A stretch of 64,000 nt of DNA, taken from contig OX597826.1 in the NCBI GenBank assembly GCA_951406725.2, forward strand, positions 17,670,001-17,734,000, written 5' to 3'. Below are positions 13,201-27,599 of this stretch, in pieces; the stretch's first letter is position 1; each line of letters starts with the position of its first letter. Source of the DNA: Octopus vulgaris. Lineage: Eukaryota. The translations under genes were made by a program, and so were the position numbers. The notes under the pieces were generated by a model that saw only the letters and a list, made by a program, of their open reading frames with translations, had not been told where the DNA came from and searched no databases.

Positions 13201-14183
13201 AAAACTTGGTTTTGTAACTTATTCATATATAAAATTTCTTAAACTGTTGCTGTTATTTGGTCAAAACAAGCCCTTAGGCATTCCAACCATGATCATCATC
13301 ATCATTTAACATCTGTTTTCCAAGCTGGTATGGGTTGGACAGTTTGACTGGAGTTGGTAAAGCCAGGGGGCACTCTAGGTTCCATTGTCTGTTCTGACAT
13401 GGTTTCTACAACTGGATGCTCTTCTTAATGCCAACCACTCCACAGAATGTACTAGGTGCTTTTTAAGTAACATCAGCATGAGTGCTTTTAATATGGCACC
13501 AGCATTGGTATCAATTCTGCTGTGGCAGACTTTTTGAGTACAGCAAGGTGCCAAATATCTGTCCTTAGTCATCTCCTGATCTTAGGCATATTTGGCTACT
13601 GTTTCTAGAAGTTTAAGCAACTCTGTAGAATCTTTCCCAAAGACTTCTTTAACTAATGTAGTCCAAATATTCAATTCAACAGATTTCAAGAAATATGAAA
13701 AATAGGAATCACAATGTTCATCTTTTACCAAAAACCTTATCAAAATCAATAAAACAGCTGCAAAAAGAAATCAAATCTGAATGGCCGATGAAGTTTGCCA
13801 AGAGATTACTAAATTATACAACTTAGTACCCTACATACTTTTGTTACAGGTAGAGAATTGTGATAAACTGGCTGTTGGATAGTATGTGATTTTAAAATAA
13901 ATATTGATTAAATACTATCAACAAATTAACATCTAGGGTTTTCAACATAAAATGACACTACCAGGTATGATAAAAACTAATTTGAGACATGAATAAAGTG
14001 TAATAAATCTTACAAATGTGATGGTTGTACTGAAGTAATGCAGAAGCAGGCGTAACCTTATTTAACTGATGTAGGTCATTCAAATTGCACAAGTCGACAG
14101 AGAAACTCTTCCTCTATAGAAAGATAACCAACAGTCTTCATCACACATAATAAATTTGCATCATAACTGATCTCAATTCTCAA

Positions 14184-15880
14184 ATCATCATCATTGTCGT
14201 TTAATGTCCACTTCCCATGCTGGCGTGGGTTGGACAGTTTGACTGATGACTGGCAAGCCAGGAGGCTGTACTAGGCTCTAATCTGATCTGGCAAGGTTTC
14301 TACAGCTGGATGCCCTTCCTAACACCAACCAATCCGAGACTGTGGTGGGTAATTTTTACGTGCCACCAGCACGGGACCAGTCAGGCAGCACTGGCATCAA
14401 CCACACTCAAATGGTGCTTTTTACATGCCAGTCAGGCGGTATTGTCATCAGCCACAACAATGGCTTCACTTGACTCAACAAGTCTTTGCATATGCAGTTT
14501 ATTGCCCAATGATTGAAAGGTACTCATAAATGGGCCAGTTTTGCTGCACTGGCATAGGTCACGGTTATGGTCTCACTTAGTTTGTCAGGTCTTCTCAAGC
14601 ACAGAATATCTCCAAAGGTCTCAGTTGCTCATCATTGCCTCCGTGAGGCCCAACATTCAAAGGTCATGCTTCACCACCTCATCCCAGATCTTCCTGGGTC
14701 TACTTCTTCCACAGGTTCCCTCTACTGCTGAGGTGTGACACTTTTTCACACAGCTGTCCTCATCCATATGCAACACATACCAGTGCTGTCATCTCCCTTG
14801 CACACCACATCTGATGCTTCTTATGTCCAACTTTTCTCTCAGAGCGCTTACACTCAGTCGTGTATGCACACTGACATTACATATCAAGCATAAACTACTA
14901 GCTTCATTTCTTGCAAGCTTATGCATGTCCATGTTTCACTGCCATGTAGCATGGCTGTTCGCACACACGTCATACAGTCTACCTTTTACTCTGAGCGAGA
15001 GGTCCTTTGTCACCAGCAGAGGTAGAAGCTCTCTGAACTTTGCTCAGGCTATTCTTATTCTAGCAGCTACACTCTCAGAGCCTCCACCCCATCTACTGAC
15101 TTGGTCACCTAGGTAATGGAAGCTATCAACTACGTCTAGTTTTCCCCCCTTGTATGTGACAGAAGCTGTTTTCTGCACATCTTCAGTGTTTATTGCTCCT
15201 GAGCATTTGCCACACACAAAAACTATCTTCCCAGTTAGCCTTCCTTTGATACTGCTGCACCTCTTATGTGTCCATCGCTTACACTGGGTACATCTTATGG
15301 AGTCTCTACTCATGTCTTTTATACAGATTGAGCAGGGCCGTCTACCTGAAGGGATTTGTGATTTGTCTGCCTACCTACTTACTAAAACTTTGGTTTTTGC
15401 TAGGTTAACACTAAAGCCATTTGATTCTAGACCTTGCTTCCACACCTGAAACTTCTCGTCTAGTTCTGATAGTGACTCATCTATTAGAGCAAGGTCATCA
15501 GCATAGAGAAGCTCCCAAGGACATCCTATCTTGAATTCCTCTATTACTGCCTGGAGAACTATAATGAATAAGAGGGGGCTGAAGACTGATCTTTGGTGGA
15601 CCTCTACCCCTATCCAGAATTCTTCACTATACTCATTGCCAACCCTCACCTTATTTACAGCATCCCTGTACATGGCTTGTACAGCTCTTACTAACTACTC
15701 ATCTATCCCTAATTTCTGGATTGACCACCAGATAAGGGATCTGGGAACCCTGTCAAAGGCTTTCTCTATGTCAATGAAAGCCAAGTACAGAGGTTTATCT
15801 TTTGGCTAGGTACTTCTCCTGCAGCTGTCTTACCAGAAATATAGCACAAACCCAAGCTTCATCTTGTCTAAACTAACTAA
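14184..15880 (-). mobile_element. RTE-clade LINE, 5'-truncated and decayed
   Basis: FIDIEKAFDRVP, VHQRSVFSPLLF, ELLYADDL, a CxxC zinc-finger-like region and SFHYLGD, followed by 3'UTR and (GAT)n tail. Confidence 0.92.
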
Positions 15881-15889
15881 ATATGCACT

Positions 15890-16700
15890 GTTATACCTAC
15901 ATCTTCACAGTCACTTTCATCCCAACTGTGTATTCAAATCATTGTCCTTGATGATTGTCCCTCATTGGATCAAAAAGGTGGAAGTCAGAGAACACCAAGT
16001 CTGGGTGGTACAGTGGGGCCCAATTTGCCAATGATGTGTGAAGTCATGCACTGTCTTAGTGAATGAAGATCATTTTTAAATTCTTGATCAGCTTCTTCCA
16101 CCTAATGGCTTCTCTAAGCTTTTGCAGCTCTCAATGTACCACTTGCTGTTCACTGTACTGCTATGTTTCAAGTCAAGGAGACAGATGCCCTATCATTCTC
16201 AAAAACAGTTACCATGTTTCACCTCATGTCACCAGACTGGAAAGAAACAGGTCTTCATTGACTTCAACTGCCTTGAGTACATCAGAACAGATTTCAACCT
16301 TTCTGTCCTTCAAATCAGATGTCAACAGCTGAGGTTCCCATTTTGCACACAATTTCTGATACCCAAAGTTTTACACCATCTTCTGTAATATTACCATTCA
16401 TTGTGACTCATCTGCCTATGTGAATCAATTCATCCACTTGCTGGCAATTAGAGTCAGTGGTCACAGCCAGTGACCTTCCACTGTAGGTTCTGTCTTCAAT
16501 GTTGGTTTTCCTTTCTTTAAACTTCATCTATCCATGCTCATTGCCCTTGTTAGTGATGTGATCTCTGTAAATAACCTGTAGCCCTTTGTGGATGTCAGAC
16601 AGCCTGCAACCCTCTTTCATCAAGAACTCAATGATAGCATGCTGCTTCAGCTTGGAATCCATTATTTGTCAACAGTGAAGAACAAGAAGAATTACTCTGC
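15890..16700 (-). mobile_element. mariner remnant
   Basis: N-terminus MDSKLKQHAIIEFLMKEG (ATG at 16662); C-terminal PLYHPDLVFSDFHLF (YSPDLAPSDF-like). Confidence 0.75.
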
Positions 16701-18754
16701 CAATTTGAATGATCTATGTTAGCAAATACAAAAATTATGCTACTTTTGATATAATCTTTCATTATAAAACTTTTAAGAATCAGTATTACGTTATTAAATA
16801 AATCATTAGTAGTATTAAAAAGGGAAAGAGTATAAGAAAAATAGTTTTATAGTATTTCACTCCAAAACAAAACGTCATTGTTTGGCTATATTACTTCAAT
16901 ATAAAATGTAAGTAAAAACATGTGAATTTAGTAAGTATGATAATTGTGCAAAAAATGGATGAATTCATTGAGAAAAAGTCATGCATTATGAGAATAAAAT
17001 TATAGTAGTCAATTGACATGACAAACTTGAAAGAAATGGTGCAGAAATGGATCCAGCTGAACAGCAAGCAGGACATCTACAGAAAACCTCTACAATGACC
17101 ACCAGTTTAATTAACCCTTTCAAACTAGTGATTATAGACAATAGATGTTGTGGTTGCATTTCTAATTTCATACTTTTATCTGATTCTGGGTGATTGGCTA
17201 AGAGAAAAATATGTTACTCATATAAAGACATTGGTCATTTTGCAAGTATATGCAAATCAACCAGTCCCACAACTTCAGTAAAATATCTGTTCACATTAAT
17301 ATACACAGCAATTAGCATAAATAATCAACGTCGTAATTGTGTTAACATCCACTTTTCCATGCTTACATGGATAAGATAGAGTTTGTTCAGATAGATTTTC
17401 AACAGTTGGATGCATTTCTTGTCACCAAGTGTCACTTATTTCCAAATAAGGTAATATTTTCCTATGACATGTTTTCATAGAAAACTAGTAACAAATGGTA
17501 CCTATTGCAAAAGAGCAACAGTGACATAGGTTTAAACTATCATGTGATGCCCAAACAAGGAGGCATGAACACATATATACATATGCACATAGTATATATA
17601 CATCTTTATTATTTAATGTCCATTTTCCTTGCTGGCATGGTTTGGACAGCTTGACAGAAACTGGCAAAGACCACAGGCAGTACCAGGCTCCATACCCTGT
17701 CTTGGCTTGGTTTCTACAGCCCTTCTAAACCCAACCATTTTGGAGTGTACTGGGCGTTTTGTACATGACACTATCACCAATGCTTTTTACATGGCCATCA
17801 CTAGGCACATCATTTTGAGATTGGCCTTCAGTACTTCATCCCATGTCTTCTGGGGTTTCCCTCTTCTACAACTATATATCATCATTGTTTAATGACTACT
17901 TTCCTTGCTGGCATGGGTTCAACAGTCTGACAGGAGCTGTCCAGACTCTGCCTGTTTTGGCATGGTTTCTATGGTTTGATACCCTTCCTAATGCCAACCA
18001 CTTAACAGGGTATGCTGAGTACCTTTTATAAGTCACCAGCATGGTTGCAATTACATGCCACCAGCACTAGTGCACCTTATGTGGCACTGGCATGAGTGCA
18101 TTTTACATGGCACCTGCACGACAAAGACCTCCCAATTGTTAGAGGGAGTGAGGGCATGGCCATAAAGGACATGCCTGTATGGATGGATGGTCATGATTTT
18201 GCTTAGCTTGCAGTATCTTCTCAAGTACAGCAAGTCGTCACAAGTACCTGTCCCTCATCATTTCCTGAGTGAGGCCCAACATTTGAAAATCGTTTCTCAC
18301 CATTTCATCCCACATCTTCCTGGATCTACCCTCACCCGTGTGTGTGTGTGTATGTGTGCTAACAATATTCTGCGTTTTCTAAATTTATACCCTTGTAACA
18401 ATGTAAGAAATGATGGTTAATAATATTTATTATTAGGATTGATTACAGTTGTGTTGTTTAGATTTAAAAAGATAATTGCTATAAATATATTACATTCATA
18501 TATATAATTAAGTTGACCTCTGTTAATTTAAACACATGATGCATAATTCTGATTTACAGCTGAGCAATATGAAGATCACTGAGCCATGATGGCTTAGGCT
18601 ATTAATATGTATGATCACTTCAAACCACAAAGAGAAAGAGTTTTATGAACTTCAACCATTCTAATCAGAGCTATTATCTCTATACAATATCATTTTTAAC
18701 ATATGCTTCTTGATTTGTTGTTTTATTATTTATATGTATCTATATCTGTATGTG

Positions 18755-18794
<40 letters not shown>

Positions 18795-18796
<2 letters not shown>

Positions 18797-19440
18797 CATC
18801 ATCATCATCATTTATCGTCCATCTTCCATGCATGGGTGGGATTGTTGACAGGAACTGGTCAGGTAGAAAAACTACCCTAGGCAACTGTGTCTGTTCTGGC
18901 AGAGATTTTACGGCTGGATGCCCTTCCTAACACCAACCACTCCACAGAGTGGACACAGTGCTTTTTACATGACACTAGCACAGGCAAAGTTAGTTTTGGC
19001 ATGATTTTAACAGCTGGATGCCCATCCAAATGCCAACTACTTAACAGTGTGGACTGGATGCCCTTAACACGGCACCAGCACTGGCTGGCAGGGTAATCAA
19101 GTAACTAGCAAGACAAGGAGCTATGAGAGGAGAAGGGCATTTGAGGAGGGGAGCTTGTGTTAGAAGATCAAAAGTTGAAGTGTGACAAAGAGACAGAAGC
19201 AGGTGTCTTGCCACAACAGAGGGGGCATTAGAGGAGGAGGTGATCCAGTATCAGATGATGAAAGAATAGAGAGTAACAGAGAAATAGTGAGGCAGAAACA
19301 AGTGTTTTGCTATAGAGGAGGTGCATGGTTAGAGAGAGAGAGAGAGTGAGAGAGGAAGAGGGGAGAGAGAGGTACAAGAAAGAGGACAGAAACAAGTGTG
19401 CTGATGTAAAGGAGATACTTAGTTACCGAGCCAGAAACAC
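18795..19440 (-). mobile_element. RTE-LINE long 3' UTR/tail fragment
   Basis: (CAT)n tail, duplicated ggatgcccttcc motif, purine-rich segment; inverted homologue of about 21230-21851. Confidence 0.7.
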
Positions 19441-19789
19441 TTCCACGTTATATAACACTTAACTGTTATATGGGCATGTAAATATGTTTGCAAAATGTTT
19501 TTGTTAAATGTTATTCTGTGTTCTGAATACTTTTATTTTAATAAATGTTGCTTACTGCAAGTTATGGATGATTCTTTTATGACTTCATTGCTTTCAGGTT
19601 TAGCTTAAGGTATTTTCATGCCCGACATCACAAAATGCATCTGAATAAACATTGCCAGACAGCAAATAGAGACTCGGACATTGCTAAGAAAATATTTTTC
19701 ATTTTTAACCTCGTATATCGTACACACTAGGGATTTTGACCTTTAAATTTTGGGGAAAAAATGCAGATTATACTTGAGGATTTATGGTA
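19440..19789. mobile_element. Possible pogo/Tc2-like DNA transposon end
   Basis: Terminus aaaaaatgcagattatacttgaggatttatgg followed by TA resembles pogo-type TIRs. Confidence 0.4.
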
Positions 19790-19849
19790 TGCTACAAAAA
19801 GTATGTTTTGCACCTGTATTGGCTACATTTCATTTTGCTTGAACTTCAT

Positions 19850-21851
19850 GGGTATACGTTTTGCTGAAGAATGTACACCCCAACATAGGTTACTAGTTTG
19901 TAACTTCAGAATTATAGAGAGACTTGGAGAAATAACCCATGCTAGAAAAGAAGATTATGGAAGCTCAATGACTCAGTAAATCAACAGGAATCTAGAGACA
20001 TTCTACTGGAAGCCTATGATGATAGAGAGGAGGAAGAGGAAACATATAGCTTAGAAGACAACTGGAAGTTCCTGTGGGACAATTTACTGGGTGCCGCTGA
20101 CCAAATCTGTGGCTGGTGCAAAGTCCCAGCTAGGCTGAGAGTGACATGGTGGTGGAACAAGGAGATGGATAGCACTATAAAAACAAAGAAACAGGCCTGG
20201 AAAGATTGGAAAAATGGTGGAAGCAGAGCATTATATCAGGGAGTCAGAAGGGGAAGGTAGCAATCAGATTTACATAGCAAAACGAATAGCAGAAGGTAAG
20301 GAGTTTGCCAATGAGGATCAGAAGCATGAAGTGTTCAGGATTGCAAAGCAGTGAATCAGAGAGAATAGAGATGTGGTAGGTGAGAAATGCGTGCGAATGG
20401 ATAATGGTATACTTGTGCTTAGTGGAGATGCCATTATGAAAGGTTATTAAATGTGGAGAATGATGAGGAGGAGAGTCTTTAAAATATCAAACCAATTGAG
20501 GGACCAGCCATCAGAGTAGATAAGGCAATTAAGGATATGAAGGCAGGGAAAATATCAGGCAATGTGGGATACAGCTTAATCACTCGCATAGTTAATCAGG
20601 TTATTCAGGAAGGCATCATCCCCAAAGAGAGGTGTAGTAGTGTTATAGTTAGCTGCTACAAGGGTAAAGGTGATGCCTTAGATAGAAACAACTACAAAGG
20701 TATCAAACAGCTAGACCAGGTCATGAAAATTACAAAGTGAGTTATAGCCCAACTGATTAGGAATAGAATTAAACTAGATGAGATGCAGTTTGGTTTTGTT
20801 CCTGGACGAAGTACCACAGATGTCATCTTCCTAGTGAGACAGTTGTAAGAAAACTATTTGGCCAAAAGTAAACCATTGTACTTAGCCTTCATCAACCTGG
20901 AGAAAGCTTTCGACAGGGTTCCCACTCTCTTATCTGGTAGGTTCTAAAGAAGCTAGGCATAGAAGAGTGGTTTGTCAGAGTTGTACAAGCCATGTACAGT
21001 GATGCTGTTCATAAGGTGGGAGTTGGTCTTGAATACAGTGATGAATTTAGCATACAAGTTGGAGTTCACTAGGGATCAGTTCTTATTCCACTCATCATAG
21101 TTCTCCAGGCCATAGCAAACGAATTCAAAACTGGATGCCCATGGGAACTGCTATATGCTGATGGCCTTGTTCTCCTCTACGGCAGCACACTTGTTTCTGC
21201 CCTTCATTCTTGATCACTCTCTCTCCTTCTTTTGTTTTTTTACTCCTGACTAGGTATATAAGTATCTCCTTTACACCTGTTTCTGTCCTCTTTTTTGTAT
21301 CTCTCTCTTCTTCTCCTCTTTCTCTTCTCTCTCTCTTGCTGGGTAACCATGTACCTCCTCTATAGCAAGACACCTATTTCTGCCTCTCTATTTTTCTGTC
21401 ACACTCTAACCTTTCATCATCTGATACCGTATTACCCCATGCAATGCTCCCTCTGTTATAACAAAATACCTGTTTCTACCTCTCTGTCACATTGTAACCT
21501 TTCATCATCTGTCATAAGTTCCCCTCCTCAAATGCCCCCCCCTCTCTCAAGATTCCATGTCTTGCAATTACTTGGTGACCCTACCAGTGCTGGTGCCATG
21601 TAAAAAGCATCCAGTCCACACTGTAAAGTGGTTGGCATTTGGAAGGGCATCCAGCTGTAAAAATCATGCCAAAACTAACCTCACCTGTGCTAGTCCTACA
21701 TAAAAAGCACTGAGACCATTCTGCAGAGAGGTTGATGTTAAGGAAGAGTATCCAGAAGTAAAATCTCTGCCAAAACTGACACAGTAGTCAGGGGTAGTCT
21801 TCTACCTGGCCAGCTCCTGTATGGAAGACAGACATTAAACAGTGATGATGA
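19850..21851 (+). mobile_element. RTE-clade LINE, decayed, with internal deletion
   Basis: ECTPQHRLLVCNF (end of the endonuclease), YKGKGDALDRNNYKGIK, QFGFVPGRSTTD, NLEKAFDRVP and ELLYAD, then a pyrimidine-rich 3'UTR and GAT tail. Confidence 0.9.
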
Positions 21852-21854
21852 TAT

Positions 21855-22360
21855 AGGACAGGCTTCTTTCATTTCTGTTGGCCAAATTCACTCACAAAGC
21901 TTTCGTTGGCTTAGTGCTAAAGCAGAAGACACTTGCCCAAGTTACCATGCAGTGGGACTGAATCTGAGACTATGTGAATAGGGAGCAAAATCCTTACCAT
22001 GCACCACACCTACACACACAATGTGGCTGTATGCTAAGAAGCTTGCTTCTCAACCACATATAGTTGTGGATTCAGTCCCACTGTGTGGAAACTTGGATAA
22101 GTGTCTTCTAAAACCTTGGGCCAACCAAACCCTTGCGAGAGATTTGGTAAACAAAAACTGGAAGCCCATCATGTGTATGTGTGTGTGTGAATATGTGTGT
22201 CCCCTACCACCAGTTGATAACTGGTGTTGGTGTATTTACATCACTGTAACTTAGCAGTTCAGCAAAAGTCTGATTAAACTAGGCTTAAAAAAAATATAAG
22301 TCCTGGGGTTGATTTGTTCAACTTAAACCCTTCAAGACTGCAGCCAAATTATTGAAACAC
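21855..22360. mobile_element. Two SINE family A copies, head to head
   Basis: Minus copy about 21855-22012, plus copy about 22020-22360. Confidence 0.7.
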
Positions 22361-24325
22361 GTAAAAGATATCTTAAATCATTTATCAGGAATACACAGCA
22401 GATCTGCAACTGATACCTGTTTACAGATGGGTATCCTATCAAAGAGGATATATACAGATTCCACCAAAAGAAATGTAGACACACTTCAGGAAAGGAGACA
22501 TCTGTATAAATATTTAACCTGTATAAGTACCTCTATAAATATAAATACTTCTTTCGATGTTTTATCAAACCGTGACAACACTGATACAGTTTTTTCATAA
22601 TGATTCTATTTTTACCTGAAACCTATTTTCATTCTTTATGAAAAATAAAAATATAACTAAACAAATAAAACACTTCTATATCTACCTATGGATGACCTAT
22701 TATATGTGCTTTACTGTATGAAAGACAGTGAAAACTAGTCATCAATAAGAAACAATAACCACACATTTTAGAAAATATTTTCTCTGCTAAAGTTGGGGCT
22801 AGATTTGCAGGTCTCATCATACTCTTGTCACCTTTTTGAATCAGTTTTTAGGGTTGACTATTTTCTTATTACCAACCATTTTAGTCTTTTTTTTTCATCA
22901 TACACTGACATACAACATTCCTCTTCTAAAGCTACAGTAAGAGAGGTGCTTTAATGAGAACTTCCAGGTGATATACCTGATCTGTCACTCAGTTTAACAT
23001 CCTTATCTGGCTCTAGAGAGGTTTTTTTGCAAGCATTGAAACTAGCAACCCATGAGTCATGATTTCTTCTTCACTTTCTTCCAGTTGTAACAGAGATCTG
23101 GCAGAGGTCATGGATGTTGCTCTTTCTCCCCTGACTAAGAAAAAAGACAACAAGAATAGACATTATTTAACATAAGTTACACAGCAGGAAAAGAAGCTAT
23201 CTGGTGAAAATTAGGCAGTAGCATAATTTATATCAAGCATTTTGCGAACAACAATGCCAGAGGTTAAACATTTCTAACGAGCTGATCACAGGTTCATTGC
23301 ATTTCCAGTGGCAAAAGTGTCTCTCTATAACAAAAGAGTGTATCTGTAATTTGGGCAGAATAAATACGAATTAATTGCCAATCACTTAAAGTGGAGTGAA
23401 GTTGTGGAAGAAGGAGAGCAAGGAAGACATGGGACAAAGTATTGAAGATCAATCACAAAGCACTGAGCTTTACAAATGAGATGAGAGAGGATCAAGATAT
23501 GTGGTACATTGCTGTATTCAAGAAGACTCACCCACCACAACAGAGCTGAGATCCTAAAACTAAGGTGCCACAAGAAAAAAACAAAAAACAAAACATTGGT
23601 ATGGGTGCTGGTGTCATGTTTCTGCCCTTCATTCTTGATCACTCTCTCTCCTTTTGTTTTTTTACCCCTGACCAGGTATATAAGTATCTCCTTTTCATCA
23701 GCACACCTGTTTCTGTCCTCTTTTTTGTATCTCTCTCTCTCCCTCGCTCTTCTTCTCCTCTTTCTCTTGCTGTGTAACCATGTACCTCCTCTATAGCAAG
23801 ACACCTATTTGGACAGTACATTCTGTAAAGTGGTTAGTGTTAGGAAGGGCATCCAGCCAGAGAAACCAAGCCAAAATAAACTATGAAAGCCAGTGGCCCC
23901 TGGCCTTGCTGGTTCCTGTGTGTGTTACTATTTTTTTGTCTTGACACAGCATGATACTTCTAAACGAGCATCACTGTCATATAAGTGGTGTCATTTTGTT
24001 TCCACTCTTTGATAAAAGTGTCTGGTCATGGGGGAATATTATGTTGCTTGGAAACAGGTGAGAGATAGTGAGAGGAAGGGCATCCAGCCATAGAAAATCT
24101 GCTACAATGAAATCCAGTTCACCTTTGCAAGCATGAAAAATGGAAGCAATAATGGTGATGGCTGCTGACTTGTACAACAAGATTCAAAATCCATCATAGG
24201 TTTTAGACATGTCTCTAGGTTGGATACACTGACTCCATCCATCTAGCTTGTCTGTAAAGCAGCGATTACAATGATTCATATCTTATCAAGCAGGGAATGC
24301 TTTTCTCTCCTCTATTTAACATTAA

Positions 24326-24873
24326 CCTTTTAACATTTAGATCATCATCATCATCATCGTTTAACATCCGTTTTCCGCGCTAGCACGGGTTGGATGGTTC
24401 GACCGGGATCTGGGGAGCCAGGGGCTGCACCAGGCTCCAGTCTGATCTGGCAGAGTTTCTACAGCTGGATGCCCTTCCTAACGCCAACCACTCCGCGAGT
24501 GTAGTGGGTGCTTTTTACGTGCCACCTGCACAGGTGCCAGGGGGTCCGGCATCGGCCACGATCAGTTGGAGCTTTTAATGTGCCACCGGCACGGAAGCCA
24601 GCCAAGGTGGAGCTGGCAACGGCCACGTTCGGGTGGTGCTTTTTATGTGCCACCGGTACAGAAGCCAGTCGGGGACTTTGTCAAATGTTCTGCTTATTTA
24701 TTCACATTGTTTTGAATTAATCATGCATTACTGCATAGCTTTGAAACTTTGAGGATGTGATTATTTCTAGAGTGACATCAGAGAATACATGCAAGAGGCA
24801 GGATTTGGTCAGTTTGAACATAAAATAGGGTAGAATATCTGGGCTGGATGTGGCTGGTTTAAATGCTGAAGGG
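24326..24873. mobile_element. piggyBac-like MITE split by an RTE tail insertion (about 24342-24675)
   Basis: TTAA-CC...GGG-TTAA ends; the inserted RTE tail is CpG-rich (probably young) with three modules. Confidence 0.7.
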
Positions 24874-27599
24874 TTAAAATGATCTGAATTAAAAATCAGC
24901 CTTATGAATCCTGCAATTTGTCACAGGGACTCCACTATGCAAATAAACATTCACTGCTATTGTAGCAACAGAGATATTTGTAAGAGACAAGTGTTATCAG
25001 TTATAATATTTAAGGAGTCTCAAACTGAATGTATTTAGATAACATAATTACCATTATGAGCAATAAAACAGTTGCTATAGCCACAGGAAATAGGTGTTAT
25101 GTTAATGGAGAATTGATCCAAGCTGAGAGATAGTTAGCTATTTAATGGTAGAGATCATACTAGAATCCAATACTCAGTTTGTCAGAATTGTTTTTGTAAG
25201 CAAGCAGTTACATAGGAAGCTGCAACAGTTGAACTGCAGGGAAGAGAAGAGTATATTTTGAATGTGTCTAAGTGGATTGAGGAAACAGAGGCAGGAGGCA
25301 GTAAAAAGTGATGATGAAATTGTGAGTACAACAGTGATAAAGAAGACAATGGTGATAAGCGTGAGTCATGGATGGAACAATCTTGCTGAGAAATAACACT
25401 TCATCTCACAATCAGCACCTGCTGATTAGTTAGGGTTCAGCAACTATGAGATAGAAATGCTGGGAAAAACTATGAGCTTGCCACATATACAACTAGTAAA
25501 TGAGTTCTGTTAACAATTTCGATACCAAACTGCACCTAGTTCTAAGAATACAAAATCAATCATTTTAAAAATGTTCATCTTGAAATTTTGTGAGGTCACC
25601 AAGTAACTTACAAGTTCCCCCACCCCCGCTCAACTGAATGTGTGTTGGGGAGGGGGTAGTGGCTTTATGCTAGGTGTTGAACTGTTAAAAAGGGACAGGA
25701 ACAGGTGTTTTGCTGAAGAGGAGATACAGGCTTCCTCTGCTAGAAAGAGAAAAAAAGAGATGGTCTACCCTCAAGATAGATGGAGAGAAGAGGGATGAAA
25801 AATCAGAAAGGTTAATGAGATAAGGTCATGAGCAGGTGAAAGAAGAACGACAGATGATTAGAGATGGGGACAGAATTGGATTCAGTGAACAGGGTGGAGT
25901 GGGGTGGCACATGTGTGGAGGTAGGGCCAATGGTGAATATAGTTTCTTGGGGAATAGGAGTGAAGGAAAAAGGATTGGGCAAAGAAGTTGGATGGAATAA
26001 GGGATAGGGAGATGATATGAAGTGTAGAGGGATAAATGGCACCTAAATGAGTAGAGCCATAATCAATCTTACGAAAATCAACACAATCTTAATAAAGAAA
26101 AAAAAAAAGGAATGAAAAATTGCATTTATGTATTTGTTTTGCAAGATTATTGATGTGAAAATATATGTTGAAACATATTTGTATACTTGGGGATGGTCAT
26201 CTTTTGGCAGTTAAGCATTTATTTGGTCTTTGCTTTAGTTTTATTATTATTATCATTATTAGTTTATTTGTTTGTCAAAGTTCTTTTGTAACACATTCTG
26301 TGACCTCTTCAGCAAATCTCCGTCCCTTGTGTCTCCTCTTGTCCGGCCTTTTTCATTCTGTCTTTCGGTGGTATGAAAGAACATTGACAGGCAAATAGAT
26401 TAGAAATAATAAATGACAATAAAACTGAAGTGAAGATCAAATAAATAGTGTGAATGTTTAATTGACAAAAGATGACCACCCCCAAGTATAACAATGAATG
26501 AAAAAGTAGTTTTTATCAAGTCTTCCAAATTCTAGGTTATTTTAAAATTTAAATGAAACATAAGCAATGTATTTCATTATAAAAATACCTTCGAAAGAGG
26601 AATGAGCTTATCACAAAGCTGAAAGTTCTGCTAGGAGGAAAGATATTTATGATAAAGAATAGGGGTAGGGCTACACTAACTATTTCCCATCCATAACCAC
26701 TCCTCTGAAAATCAACAGAAGTGGACCAACAAGTGAGTCTATACACAGTTGCTCAACTGTTAGAAATAACATTATCCTAAATCACACTTGGTTATCTCAT
26801 AAAAGAATCGGAAAGACAGCACTGGATATACTCATCTTCACCATCATTTAAACTGTTTTCCATGCTGGCATGAGTTGGACAGTTTGATAGAGGCTGGCGA
26901 GGCAGGAGACTACATCAGATTTCACTGTCTGTTTTGACAAGGTCTTTTTTGTTATGGCAGGATGCCCTTCTTAACACCAACCACCATACAGAGTAGACTG
27001 AGTGCTTTTTATGTGGCACCAGCAAAGGCAAGGCCTGTTTTGGCATGGCCTTTTACAGCTAGATGCTCTTCCAAACACAAACCACTTTACAGTGTGGACT
27101 GGACGCACCAGCACTGGTGGAATCACCAAGTAACTTGTAAAAATCCTTGAGGGAAGAGGCATTGAAGGCAGTGGCCATGTGCCATGGGAAGAGAGGTTAG
27201 AGTATGACAGAGGGATAGGAACAAGTGTCTTGCAGTAGAGGATACATGGTTACCCAGTCAGAGAGACAGAGAGGGTATTCAAGAACAAGAGAAAGAGCAG
27301 GAGAGAAGTGGTGGTGAAGACAGATGGACATGGTTGGAATGCTTATTACTATTGGTCAACTGAATCAGAACTAACCTGGGGCTAAACAACAATAACCAAA
27401 CGAAGCATCAGACTTCATAACCAGTTGATGAGTGGGTAATTAAGGGGATATAAGAAAACGCAGACTGCTTCAGTGGTGTTACCTGGCAGAGAGGTGGGTG
27501 TAACGAAATCTTAAACATAAACAAACACTGTCATGTCTAACGGAAATTTTGTTGTAAATCGTTGTCACCTTTTCAGAAAAATCACATATTAGCTTATTT

